A DNA stretch of 64,000 bases from Porphyridium purpureum (taxonomy: Eukaryota). The notes beneath the pieces are model-generated. The model was not told the origin of the DNA. It worked only from the letters and a program-made list of their open reading frames with translations, and did not search any database. Shown here piece after piece: positions 21,001 to 31,590 of the stretch. The stretch lies in contig VRMN01000003.1 in assembly GCA_008690995.1 (NCBI GenBank), forward strand, positions 868,001 to 932,000, read 5' to 3'. Numbering within the stretch: position 1 is the first letter of the stretch; each line of letters opens with the position of its first letter. The translations under genes were made by a program, and so were the position numbers.

Positions 21001-21546
21001 CACGGATGAGCCTCCACGCCAGACTTTCGCCCTATCGCAGACGGTGGGTCTGTGCGTGTTGAGTGCAGAGGATGGTTTCTTGCATGAAGGCAGCTGGGCA
21101 CCCACAAACAATCGGGACGATAGAAGTTGATGGAGGTGACCGAGACCGAGCACCGCGTATCAAACGTGTTCAAAGCCGCGACCGATTAGAGCGCACGACT
21201 GCGCTTTTGCGTTCGCGATCCGCATATGCATATGCACAAAGGACGCCTTATCTGGCAAAGTTGTAATTCCGGACCCAAGCGGAGGCAAAGAAGACCAAAG
21301 AGAGAAACAGCCAGACTTGTCAAAATAGAATCAGCTAGCAGGCTCACTGGTCCACGCAGCGGCGCGCGGTTTTGGTCCATACGAGCGAGGCATTAAATTA
21401 TGACGTCCACGCGTGTGCGCGAGTACGAAAGAACTCGAATTTGCCCGTCGAGCCCAACCGTCCAGACCTTAATAAGTTCATTCAGCTTCGAATTACGTGC
21501 TCGCCGGCTAATTTGCGCGAATTTGGACGAAGAGGGGACCAGAGCG

Positions 21547-23124
21547 ATGTTGGTGCCGTCGGACTACGGCGCTGCCTTCGTCGGACCTGCGGGAACCGCT
21601 TGCGGTACGTGCGGTGCTGGCCAAAAGCTGGTGGCCCGTTCGAGCCGCGTCAGCCATGGAGAGGAACGGCCGAACTGCTTCCTGTGGGCCAGGGACAAAC
21701 GGCACGCCTTTCTCAAGACTTCACGGTGCGGTCGCCGCGTCGTCGTCGCGGTCAGTGCGACCAGCGAGAACCAGGAAGAGCGTGCTGGGCCGGTGCCGAC
21801 GACGTCTTCACTGAGAATCGATCGTCGAACGCATCGGAATCCATTCTGGAAGGAGAACAACAAATTTCTCGCGGCGGCGTACAATCAAAGCGCGTGCGCA
21901 GGGCTGTTGGATTGTCTACTGGCTATGGATGAGGACGAAATTTTGTCTTCACAGAATCTAGAACATGCTGTCAAGCTGTGCCTATCCAGTCGGCCTGGTA
22001 GTGAAGGCATTGCGGAGGTGGCTGAACTAATACGCGAGATGCCTTGCTCGCGTTCGACCGCTGACGACAAGACAATTGGACTTGTGCTTGTCGACTCTCT
22101 CGTTTTTTACGTGATTCGTGACGGGCTTTCGCTTGACACCCGTACACTCGCGCTTGTCCACAAGTGCATCTCCGTAGATGTCAAGCTCTTGGAAGAAAGG
22201 CAAGTTGTGGCGCGTCTTATATATGAGACAGATGAAACAGAATCCTTCGGAAACCTGGCAGACAGAGCATTGGACTTGCTGCGCGCGTCGTGCGCTATAC
22301 CGGAATGGGCTCTAGTCAAGATTCTACGTCATGTGCCGGGCCGGCGCGGACTCCAGATGCTGCTTGAGTACGAGTTTCGTGGAGAGTTTGGCCTAGGGGT
22401 CGAGCATGCAAACGCCGTACTGTCCAGCTGCTCAAAGGACGCAGACAAGAAAACGGCAGCAGCGGTGCTGGAATTCTTGGACAGAAGAGAAATCCCACGC
22501 GACTCGGAGACCTCGAAGGCACTTCTGCGGGTTTTTATTCGCGCCGGTGATCTTTCGAAGGCACGATCGGTGCTATCGGAAGCGCACGAGGCCGGACATG
22601 CAACGACGATTATGTATAATATGATCATGGATGCGCTCACGTCTGGCAATCGGCGCCACAGGGAAGCCGTCGATGTATTTAACCAGATGCTGCAACACGG
22701 TATAGAGCCTGACAAGGTTTCGTTCACCATTGCAATCAAGTCGTTTATTGGCATGGGCAACCTCCCGGGCGTGTTGCGGATTTACGATGCCGTTTGTGAG
22801 CGGGTTGAGCTCGCAGACGCACAATTTTACCGCACAGTGGTCGGCGCTTGCCTGCGGAGCTACGACGTAGAGACTGCGCGGCGCGTTGTAGGCGACATGG
22901 AGGCCCGTGGCTGGCACGCTGGCGAGCGAATTTGGTGCTGGCTGTTGGAAGAGGCGGCGCGGAAAGAGAACTCCGAAACGGCCTGCGCCATTGCAGAAGA
23001 CATGGTCCATCGTCGCGTCGCCTTGCTCCCCGCGGAAAAGGCACGGCTGATGCAAATGTGTCGTGACCGTGGCGGAATTGATATGCTGCGCTTACTTTCC
23101 AGCATTCAAAAGGTCGGTACGTGA
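21547..23124 (+). CDS. Pentatricopeptide repeat (PPR) protein, organelle-targeted
   Basis: Tandem 35-aa helical repeats, e.g. IMYNMIMDAL...EAVDVFNQMLQHGIEPDKVSFTIAI. Start uncertain (21400 or 21547). Confidence 0.85.
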   Translation: MLVPSDYGAAFVGPAGTACGTCGAGQKLVARSSRVSHGEERPNCFLWARDKRHAFLKTSRCGRRVVVAVSATSENQEERAGPVPTTSSLRIDRRTHRNPFWKENNKFLAAAYNQSACAGLLDCLLAMDEDEILSSQNLEHAVKLCLSSRPGSEGIAEVAELIREMPCSRSTADDKTIGLVLVDSLVFYVIRDGLSLDTRTLALVHKCISVDVKLLEERQVVARLIYETDETESFGNLADRALDLLRASCAIPEWALVKILRHVPGRRGLQMLLEYEFRGEFGLGVEHANAVLSSCSKDADKKTAAAVLEFLDRREIPRDSETSKALLRVFIRAGDLSKARSVLSEAHEAGHATTIMYNMIMDALTSGNRRHREAVDVFNQMLQHGIEPDKVSFTIAIKSFIGMGNLPGVLRIYDAVCERVELADAQFYRTVVGACLRSYDVETARRVVGDMEARGWHAGERIWCWLLEEAARKENSETACAIAEDMVHRRVALLPAEKARLMQMCRDRGGIDMLRLLSSIQKVGT

Positions 23125-23752
23125 TGTTTGTGATGGCTGACCATTGTCTCACGTTATTAAAGTCATCCATGTGAGCCCTTTGACATGGATGAGCCTGGGG
23201 AGAAAAAAAGTCTCGGTAGTGCAGTTTGGTATGCCACCCTGCTCAAGACGGTGTTCTGAGCACCAGTCGTTTGCTCGCTTCTCGGGCCATTCTCTTCACG
23301 AATAATGTCGGACCATCTTCCTTTCGATCCGAAAGCTAGACTGCAGCACCAACTTTTTCTTCTGAGCGCCGAGTTGTGGACGTCCCAGAGCGCAAACCAT
23401 AACGCTAGCTCGGAAGCCGTGAGAACTTCGACGAGGGTTGTCATGCACTACAAGCCTGCACGAGGGGGTGCGCGTGACATTAACTCTGCTTTGAATGCAT
23501 CACATTTATTCATTCACAAGGCCTTCATTGATTGAAGGACGCCACGTGCATGGCATGTTACAACCCATGCGTCTCCTCACCCATTCAGATACCATCACAG
23601 TCTCTCTTGTCCTCCTTCTGCCACTCCAAAACTCGCAGCCAGCACTCAGACGGCCGCGCTCCGAAAACTCCCACATGAGAAAGTTCCACGTGCACGCTCC
23701 ACTCACCACATGCGCTCTCACTTCACGGAAACATCAGAGAACAACCACCCCT

Positions 23753-24538
23753 CTAGTACTTCTTGTCGTCCTCGATCTTTTCGACATCTACATGCTTGGT
23801 GCAGGTGTAGGTCTTGCAGTACCACTGGTAGCAGACTTCATAGGGCACTTTCTTGTACTCGGTCTTCAGCTCCTTCTCGTACTTCACGCGTTCGACCTTC
23901 TCCTCCTTGTACTTGGTCACTGTGTCGTACTCAGTCTTATACTTCAGTTCCTTGACAGCCTTGGTGCAGTACTTTGGCTTGCTGTAACCATAGTCCTCCT
24001 TCTTGTCGTAACTATCGTAATTGCGGTAGCTGTAGCCATAGCCATCCTTCTTGCTGTCGTACTTGTCGTCCTTCTTGTCGTCGTACCCGTAGTCCTTCTT
24101 ATCGTCGTATCCGTAGTCCTTCTTGTCCTTCTTGTCATCGTACCCGTAATCCTTCTTGTCATACGCTTTCTTCTCACATGGGTACTTCACGTACTTGGTA
24201 TCATAGTAAGGGACCTTCTTCGGAACTTCAATGGTGTACGGCTTCTTGATGGTCTCGTAGTATTTGACCGGCTTCTCAACGTAGTAATCGTACTTCTCAG
24301 ACTTGTAGAAGGTCTTGCATTCCTTGCCGCACGGGAATTTGTCGCCCGCCTCGCATCCCAGCTTGCTCTTGGAATACGAGTCATCCTCTTTGTACTCTGA
24401 AGACTTGTACGTGTGCAGAGCGGTGTCTTCATTCAGGTCAGCTAGAGTCACTCCGTCGATCTCGGGCGCGACCTCGGATGACGCCACGGCCACGCACGCC
24501 AGCAGTGCCAGCGCACACGTCACTACAAATGACTTCAT
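23753..24538 (-). CDS. Secreted Lys/Tyr/Asp-rich repeat protein with 8 mature-region cysteines
   Basis: Signal peptide MKSFVVTCALALLACVAVASS, KKDYGYDD repeats, strong AAG/TAC/GAC codon use, TATA box upstream. Confidence 0.85.
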   Translation of the reverse strand: MKSFVVTCALALLACVAVASSEVAPEIDGVTLADLNEDTALHTYKSSEYKEDDSYSKSKLGCEAGDKFPCGKECKTFYKSEKYDYYVEKPVKYYETIKKPYTIEVPKKVPYYDTKYVKYPCEKKAYDKKDYGYDDKKDKKDYGYDDKKDYGYDDKKDDKYDSKKDGYGYSYRNYDSYDKKEDYGYSKPKYCTKAVKELKYKTEYDTVTKYKEEKVERVKYEKELKTEYKKVPYEVCYQWYCKTYTCTKHVDVEKIEDDKKY

Positions 24539-24694
24539 TTTGGCTGTTTCCTTCGTCGTTTCCACCTCTTCTGCTTCAAGAACCTGTGCCCCTTGTCCAA
24601 CCTGCCAGGTACCTCAAGGCCTGCCTTCCTTCCTGCGTGCCTGTCTGCTTCTCTGCCTGGCGTCCTGTCTCCTGGCTGCGCGCACGCCGCGCGT

Positions 24695-24703
24695 CCTTTT
24701 ATA
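24695..24703 (-). promoter_or_regulatory. Candidate TATA box (TATAAAAGG)
   Basis: CCTTTTATA on the + strand, about 160 bp upstream of ATG 24538. Confidence 0.5.
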
Positions 24704-25194
24704 CCCGCACATGGCGCAGGCGACAGGCAGCCCGCGCGCGACGCACGGAGCAAAGCGCCACGGCTGGCGAGACCGATGCGAGCTGCTTTTTTCCATGCAC
24801 GCACACCGCTGTGCGCGAGCTGGTACCAGAGTACGTGCCTTGATGAGAGAAACATGCTCCATTCGCTGCCGCGCCGCGCCTGCCCCGGTTTGGTGCGGCG
24901 CGTGGTTGCGCTCCGGACGCGCGCACTTGGCACGTTGAGCCGCGTCTCAACACGGCGAAGCTGTAATGAACCACTGCACTACGCCGCACGACCGCGCGAC
25001 CGTATTGCACGTGAGTACGGCGACTTCCTCTGAAGCTCTGCCCGACTCGCCAAGGAGTCGCACAGCGCGTTTCATGCTTTTTTCGTTCACGTCGCGCGCT
25101 CTGTTGATGCAGACACTCAACCTTCGGAGCGAGAAGACGAGCCGTGGTCTTTGCCTCGTGCATTTGCGGGAGCGTGGACGGCAAGTCATGGACG

Positions 25195-25980
25195 ATGAGG
25201 GACAGGCTGGGATATGGTGAGGCGCCTTGCGCGGACGAGGAAGCGTCCGATGAGAACGGAGTCGAAGCAGTCGACCTGGGCGAAGAAGGGACGTATAGAC
25301 CACTTGCGCCTCGTGGGAAAGTAAGCGTGGATGATGCGCTCGAAAAGGTTAGCAGACCAGCGGCAGCGACAAGTGGAAGTGGGGCTGCTGCCGATCTGGG
25401 AAAGGCGAGTGAGATTTTGGAGGGTGATCAGGTGGAGTGGGAGGTGAAAAGCAACCGGGCAGAGAAGGCGCAAGCAGTCGCAAATCAGCGCAATGGCTTC
25501 CGGAGCGCGACCAAGGACAGCGCCAAGCGCGACAAGACGTTTTCTGGCGTGCCCCGTGGCAAGCGGAGGAGCAAGCTGCACGCACTGAAAGCCCAAATTG
25601 TTTTCCCGAACGAGGATGACTTAAAATTGGGCAAGGTGCCGTTCGATGTGTGCATTGTGCGGAAGAATAAGCGGTTTGGTGAGGTGGCAGTGATACCTGG
25701 ACAGCCAGACATCCAGCGCAAATCGCAGAGCGAGTGGACAGTCGAACTTGCAAATCTAAAGGAAAAGAAGGAATCGCTTGCGCGAATCTTGAACGCGCTG
25801 CGGATGCTGGAAGGCTGCGTCGAGATTCTCGACACCATGGAGGATTTGAGCCGCCCAAAGGGATACTGCATTATTCGTGTCCGGTTTCTGACTCGCACCC
25901 ATGCATCAAAAGCCGAGCGCGTCATTCGGCGTTGGAAGCATGTGAAACGGAAAATGTGTGTAACCATGTGGCAAGATTGA
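25195..25980 (+). CDS. Hypothetical protein, possible divergent RRM-like C-terminus
   Basis: Longest + ORF in the gap with protein-like composition. KGYCIIRVRF..HASKA is weakly RNP1-like. Confidence 0.55.
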   Translation: MRDRLGYGEAPCADEEASDENGVEAVDLGEEGTYRPLAPRGKVSVDDALEKVSRPAAATSGSGAAADLGKASEILEGDQVEWEVKSNRAEKAQAVANQRNGFRSATKDSAKRDKTFSGVPRGKRRSKLHALKAQIVFPNEDDLKLGKVPFDVCIVRKNKRFGEVAVIPGQPDIQRKSQSEWTVELANLKEKKESLARILNALRMLEGCVEILDTMEDLSRPKGYCIIRVRFLTRTHASKAERVIRRWKHVKRKMCVTMWQD

Positions 25981-26171
25981 CAGCATGACGTCGGGCTAGC
26001 CTTTCCTTCTGAATCGAACGTTCTAACTTCAAAATCTTGCACGGTGAGAGCCTGGTGAGAGCCTGATGAGAGCCTGCGGCACGACTCTTCCTCCTTCTCA
26101 TAATTTCATGTACTTGCTCGCTGAGGGCCAATGTCCGGCGTGCCATACTTATTATATATATTCACAGTTTC

Positions 26172-27695
26172 TCAAAAGTGCTTTCCTGCCAGCTGCATCG
26201 GAATATCCCCCCGTCGTTTCGCCACTTCGGAGAACGAACTGTAACCACTTCCAAAAAGTTGCGCTGTGTGGCCAAGCAAGATTATATCAGTAAAGGCGAA
26301 CTGAACACACGCGCAGTCGCGCGGCCGCCCGCACGTTGTGCCACCGCTGGCCCGATGAACGCGGTTCGGGAATGCATTGGACAATGCCTCGTACGCGCTT
26401 TCTGAGTCACTCGCGACGAAAAAGTGCACGGACGCGTCCAGCGAAGCAAGGTGACGGGTGAAGGCCTGTGGCCCAGTGGCTGACCTCCAGCTGCCCAGAA
26501 TCTCGTAGCCGCGCTCACCATATAAGGCCTTTTGGTTCATGCGCAAGGCCTCGAGCTCTGCGCTGGACATGTTCTCGCCGCGCGACGTTTCGAATTCTGC
26601 CTCGGGTGCGAGGGAGCGCACATGCACACCGACTGTATTTTTGATGGGCACCGGGAGAGCCTTCAATGCAGCGTCAACAAGACGGTAAACCGCTTGATTC
26701 GGCCGAAGGCGTCGCAAAAAAACACCCACAGCGTCCACGCGAAGTTCTTCGACCGCATGGTTGTGACTCGATCGCAAAACGTACGCAGTCTTGACGAAAA
26801 AATGGAGCTTGCCAGCCTTGGCCGCCCGTTTGTCTTCCTTTTGCCAGTCAAACTTTTCCGGGTGTATCCGGTCGGGATTTTCCGCAAAGATGAAGTTGAG
26901 CTCGTCCAAAAGGACGCAGTTAGGATCCTTGTCCTCCGTACACCATGGGTACGTGCCGGGATCGAAATCGTGAATGACAAGTGCCTGGTGGCCTGCGGCG
27001 AACAAGTCGTAAAATGATGCATTGAGGTGCTGGTTTTTTGTCCACAGCACCACAAGCAACTTACCTGTGGCACTCGCATGCGCAAGCAGTGCTGCGAGGG
27101 CACGTAACCGATTGCCGAGGCCGAAGTCGGGTTGCGCGAACAAGACTGAGACCGCGTCGTTCTGCCACATGAGTGATCGCTTGCGCTCCAGTATGACGGA
27201 GCAAAGGCGGCGCCGCTCTGCATCTGAAAAGGCTTGCATTAAAGCGAAAGGAATACGCTCCTTGAAGAGCAGCGAGTGGACGCAAAACAAATCTTCATCC
27301 TGTAGCTTGGTTCCTCGCGCTGCTTCCCACGCAGAGATCATGGCCAACAGCCGTGAGATTGCAGCGCCCCCGTCGCCATTTCGGGTATTGCGCATCACAT
27401 CGAATGGTTCATTTGCGCCAAATGCGTCGTCCAGCGAGCTTCCAGGCTTTGGCGCATACCATGACTGGTTTGAACCTGGCGACCTGCTCTGCGCGGTGTA
27501 CGCCAGCAGCTCCATGTCATATTCGGCGGCGGTGGACGCGAAAGGGAAGGTGCGCCACACCGTGACCGCGACGCTCAGCAGCCCCACGACGCACACAGCC
27601 ACCACGTGCGTCGCCCTCAAACTCGGCAGCCATGCCAGCCGTTCCCGCATCCTGTCGAGTGTCCTCGTCTCCGCCGCACACTCCCCCAACACCAT
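26172..27695 (-). CDS. Type II membrane glycosyltransferase, fucosyltransferase-like GT-B fold
   Basis: N-terminal TM anchor, then GLGNRL, VGVHVR, FFVASD and SSFS, the motif series of GDP-fucose-using transferases (GT11/GT23/O-FucT clan). Confidence 0.8.
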   Translation of the reverse strand: MVLGECAAETRTLDRMRERLAWLPSLRATHVVAVCVVGLLSVAVTVWRTFPFASTAAEYDMELLAYTAQSRSPGSNQSWYAPKPGSSLDDAFGANEPFDVMRNTRNGDGGAAISRLLAMISAWEAARGTKLQDEDLFCVHSLLFKERIPFALMQAFSDAERRRLCSVILERKRSLMWQNDAVSVLFAQPDFGLGNRLRALAALLAHASATGKLLVVLWTKNQHLNASFYDLFAAGHQALVIHDFDPGTYPWCTEDKDPNCVLLDELNFIFAENPDRIHPEKFDWQKEDKRAAKAGKLHFFVKTAYVLRSSHNHAVEELRVDAVGVFLRRLRPNQAVYRLVDAALKALPVPIKNTVGVHVRSLAPEAEFETSRGENMSSAELEALRMNQKALYGERGYEILGSWRSATGPQAFTRHLASLDASVHFFVASDSESAYEALSNAFPNRVHRASGGTTCGRPRDCACVQFAFTDIILLGHTAQLFGSGYSSFSEVAKRRGDIPMQLAGKHF

Positions 27696-28097
27696 CGGCT
27701 CACCCTCGCGCGCTCAAAACGCCAGAAACGGAAACGTCACATGCGAACTTGTCAAGATGCACGCAAAGTACTGGATGAGGCGGCGGCGACCCTTCGTGTT
27801 GCAAGCCAAGGCGGCGAATACGCCACGCGCCGCCGCGACGGACGCTGCCGCGCTAGCCCACACGTGCGTGGACGGCCGGATCCCATCTGCAAGGCGCGGC
27901 TGGCGCGGTGCGTGGGACACAGCGCACGCGTGCGAACGCGAGCTTGGTGCAGCACACTGGACACCCGCTACTGAACACGCGGCCGCTCGATCGCGCGGTG
28001 CAGATTTCAAATCTGAGCGCAGGCGCCACGGGCTGCGCAACGGATATCACTCTGCGCAACAGGGGCGGCGGTGTGTGAGGCAGCGCGCGGTGGCGAC

Positions 28098-28985
28098 ATG
28101 TGGAGAATGTCGGCGATCATGCGGCGCGAGACGCGCGTGTCATGCGCTGGTGTGCTTTTGGTGCTGCTGCTGCTGCTGCCGCTGGTGATGCTGCTGGCGG
28201 TGGTGAGTGTGGCGCGCGCAGATCACTCGCCAGACCCGCACATTTGTGTTTTCAACGGCGCGTCGTGTGAGTACTCGGAATCGGGAACCCAACCGAAATG
28301 CTACGACGAGACCGAGTTTCTGGAAAGCAATGTCTGCATGACGCCGCCAAGGCCGAATGATAATAGCATTCGTGTGACACGGGTTGATTGCTCGTTGGCA
28401 GAGCAGAACGGCGTCACGTCGTTTCAGTTTGAATGGGCGGCGTTCAACAACGATTGTGGGTCGATCACCACGAGTGGCAACAGCGGCTACGACGAAACCA
28501 ACAAATTCGCATTCTCCCGTCTTCTATCGCCGACGGGGGAGACTTGCGCCCGGCTAGTGTGCGACGGGAATCTGGTCGATTTCCCGCCGCCAGTGTGTGT
28601 GGACGCAGAGTGGATCGAGGTGCGCGGGCTCGAGAAAGTGCACGCGACGGATGGCGTCGGAGAGTTGCTTTGTATCACGTCACTCGACGACTTGCCCTGC
28701 GGAACCTCCGACCATGTGATCGAGACGGCTTCTGGGCTGCGCACGTACGCCGAGGTGTGTGCGGAACGCGCGTGCACCACCAAGGTCGGGCGCTACAACG
28801 GCGTTCTGCACTCGGACGCGCACGTGATGCCGATCCAGGACAGACTGCGACTGACAACCGTGTCGCATCGCGGAACATGGTGGAGCGGGGTGGAGAATCT
28901 TATTGTGGTAAGCTTACAAAAGCTGCGTGTTCGCCATGTGAACCAGGCGCTAGCGTACATTCAGCGCAAGAACAGCGTTCCATGA
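28098..28985 (+). CDS. Secreted cysteine-rich protein
   Basis: Long hydrophobic signal ending VARA/D, a Cys-rich N-domain, PPP linker, and a C-terminal CVD...LC...PCGTSDH...C...C domain. Confidence 0.7.
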   Translation: MWRMSAIMRRETRVSCAGVLLVLLLLLPLVMLLAVVSVARADHSPDPHICVFNGASCEYSESGTQPKCYDETEFLESNVCMTPPRPNDNSIRVTRVDCSLAEQNGVTSFQFEWAAFNNDCGSITTSGNSGYDETNKFAFSRLLSPTGETCARLVCDGNLVDFPPPVCVDAEWIEVRGLEKVHATDGVGELLCITSLDDLPCGTSDHVIETASGLRTYAEVCAERACTTKVGRYNGVLHSDAHVMPIQDRLRLTTVSHRGTWWSGVENLIVVSLQKLRVRHVNQALAYIQRKNSVP

Positions 28986-29471
28986 CTGTCGCGCCGCAAG
29001 GAATAGCAGAGTGTGAGGCTCTCACGTGTATTGCTGTGGTGTTTTCCCACGACCGAACCGCACCCCGCGAACACACAAGTCGCCAACGCGAGAACGCCTC
29101 AGTAAACAAAGATCGAGGTACATGGTAGGATTCACTGCGATGTGCTCTCTCTAAGTCGGCTTCCACTGCACGAAAACGCCCATGTCACATTCTCCCGCAT
29201 CCGTTCCTCTTGTCACACGATACTTGCGATGTCCTCGCTGGTCTCTGGCTGGCACGCCGTGACACTTGAAGTCGTCGAAATTTCCAGACCGGGCTTGGAA
29301 ATGCCGAGGCGGGGACAAAGGTGCTAGGAGGGCTCAGTGAAGCTGCCTGCCGGGTGCGACCTCTGAAGCGGCGCCTGAAGGTAGTCTTTGACTGCTGGAA
29401 CTATATTGCCGGCGATGATCAGGCCACCAGGGACGGCGACCGGAAGCCTGAAGGAAGACGATCGCCGAAAC

Positions 29472-30770
29472 ATGCCGGCGTTTGTGGCAGCGGCCAGTGG
29501 GGCTTTGTTTGCTCGCCGAGTGCTGGGCGCGCCATGCGCGGATCCACGTCCCTGCCCTTTGCAGATGGGCCTGGAACGTGAAGAGAAGAATGAGGAGGCA
29601 CTAACGCGTACGTCGACTCAGCCTCTGGCGCATGTGCGCAGAGCGATGAACGGAGTCATTGTCGGTGCTGCTCTCGCTGCGGTTCTGGCCATGCCGCTCC
29701 ATGCGGAGGTGTCGCCGCTGAAACATATGGGGTCACTCTCCGCGCGTCTACCCGTACCCCCACCGGCATTCGCATTTGCGGAATCCGACAGCATCCTGCA
29801 AGCGGAGCGTTCGACCATCGAGTTGTTTCAGAGGTGCAAACCGTCAGTGGTAAATATCACCACATTCCAAAATGGACGGACACCGATGTCCACCAACATC
29901 ATGGAGATCCCGCAGGGTCAAGGTAGCGGCTTTGTTTGGGATGAGCAGGGCCACGTGGTCACCAACTTTCACGTAATTCGTGCCGGAAGCGGCGCGAAAA
30001 TCATGCTCGACGACAACAGCGTTTACCCCGCGGAGCTGGTCGGCTACGATGCGGACAAGGATGTAGCTGTGCTGCGCATGGCCGCGCGAAAGGACGAAAT
30101 TGTGCCAATTGCGAAGGGCAACTCGGCAGCGCTTCAAGTGGGACAGACGGTGTTTGCCATCGGAAACCCATTCGGTCTCGACCATTCTTTGTCAAGGGGT
30201 ATTGTGTCTGGACTAGGTCGCACCATGCGCTCTCCAACAGGCAAGCCCATTTCAAACGTGATTCAAACTGACGCGGCCATCAACCCTGGAAACTCGGGAG
30301 GGCCCTTACTTGATTCCGGAGGCAAGCTTATTGGAATGAACACGAGCATTCTGAGTGGGAGCGGCAGCTCTTCGGGTGTTGGATTCGCAATTCCTATCGA
30401 TACGCTGCGCGCGGTAGTTGATGAGCTCATCACGCATGGCAAGGTTGTCCGACCCGTTATCGGCATTAGCTACCTGGACAGCTCCCAGGCGAAGGCATTT
30501 GGCATTGATTCCGGCGTCCTGATTCTCGATGTGCCAGCTAATAGCAACGCGGAAAAGGCGGGACTAAAGGGAACGTCCAGGGGGCCGTTCGGCGCCATTG
30601 AATTTGGCGACGTCATTGTGAGTCTGGATGGTGACAAGATTAGATCTGAGGGCGACCTCTTCAGGGCGCTCGAGCAGAAAAAGGTGGGACAGGATGTGGA
30701 GCTGAAAGTCAAAAGAGGCGACTCAGTTGTTTCTGTCCATGTTGTCCTTTCCGCATCCTCGCCGAAGTAG
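29472..30770 (+). CDS. DEG1: Deg/HtrA serine protease with PDZ domain, thylakoid-lumen Deg1-like
   Basis: GSGFVW, VTNFHV, DVAVL, IQTDAAINPGNSGG and PDZ, behind a bipartite transit/lumen signal. Confidence 0.9.
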   Translation: MPAFVAAASGALFARRVLGAPCADPRPCPLQMGLEREEKNEEALTRTSTQPLAHVRRAMNGVIVGAALAAVLAMPLHAEVSPLKHMGSLSARLPVPPPAFAFAESDSILQAERSTIELFQRCKPSVVNITTFQNGRTPMSTNIMEIPQGQGSGFVWDEQGHVVTNFHVIRAGSGAKIMLDDNSVYPAELVGYDADKDVAVLRMAARKDEIVPIAKGNSAALQVGQTVFAIGNPFGLDHSLSRGIVSGLGRTMRSPTGKPISNVIQTDAAINPGNSGGPLLDSGGKLIGMNTSILSGSGSSSGVGFAIPIDTLRAVVDELITHGKVVRPVIGISYLDSSQAKAFGIDSGVLILDVPANSNAEKAGLKGTSRGPFGAIEFGDVIVSLDGDKIRSEGDLFRALEQKKVGQDVELKVKRGDSVVSVHVVLSASSPK

Positions 30771-31590
30771 AAAAGAAATAGATAGCGATTTCCTACTCCT
30801 TTTCTTCTTTTCCTTTTCCACTGACAGCCTGTACGCTTGCCACATGGCATGTCATGCATCTGGCCAGAGTTAAGGCTGTCAGAACCAGCTATACAAGAGA
30901 AAGAGTTTGCAGAAATAGACTAAATGCGCAAAAGGCTTTTCAGCAAATGTGCCCACGTGATCTCTCCCGCGTACGACAATCGTACCTGTCTGACTGGGGC
31001 CGGGGAAGCATTTCATTTGCTGAAGAAGAGAACTTCAAATCATGTGGCATCACAGTCACGCCTTGACGAAAGCAAAGAAAAGGGCCTCTGTCAGAAGTGT
31101 CTAGGCTTGATCGACCCAGACACTCAGAAGCTCAAGCGGCCATTTCCACGGTACGGAACGGATCTACAGCAACCTTGCGGAGAAGCGAAGCACTAAGCAC
31201 TAGGATCTGACAAGTCAGCCAGGTTGACATCCGCAGCGTCACAGTACGCACATACCCCCATGCAACCATCGCAGACCATGTCCTGCAGTGAGGCGGCGAT
31301 TTCAACCCTCATGTCCAGCGTCTCAGGGCAAAAGGGACACAAGGCTTTCAACACTGCTGCTGAAATTGAGCCACGATGTATGGATGACTTGCTGCATCAA
31401 AAACTTTACGAGCAGCCATCCACAACGCGGTCCGGCAGGGAAGCTGCCGTCAGCGCAACGACGTCTCCGGAGCGTGCTTGGCAAAAAGTGATTCTTACCC
31501 TTCCTGTCATGGTTGAATAAACATGATCTCAGAGTCTGAAAGTCTGTTTCAATCCTCAGTTAAAAGTTCTTGACAGGAGTAAGGATCATA

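Noticed and set aside
23495..24400. 301-aa very hydrophobic + ORF resembling a membrane protein
   Set aside because: It is the reverse complement of the Lys/Asp/Tyr codons of the secreted protein; the hydrophobicity is an artefact.
27022..28188. 388-aa + ORF, and similar long antisense ORFs at 36704-37717, 4408-5436 and 18275-19180
   Set aside because: They overlap well-supported genes on the opposite strand, which is expected in GC-rich coding DNA.
30924..31520. Two same-frame ORFs separated by one TAA between Deg1 and NTase-JmjC
   Set aside because: No recognisable motif, so I cannot support a gene or pseudogene call without homology or expression data.
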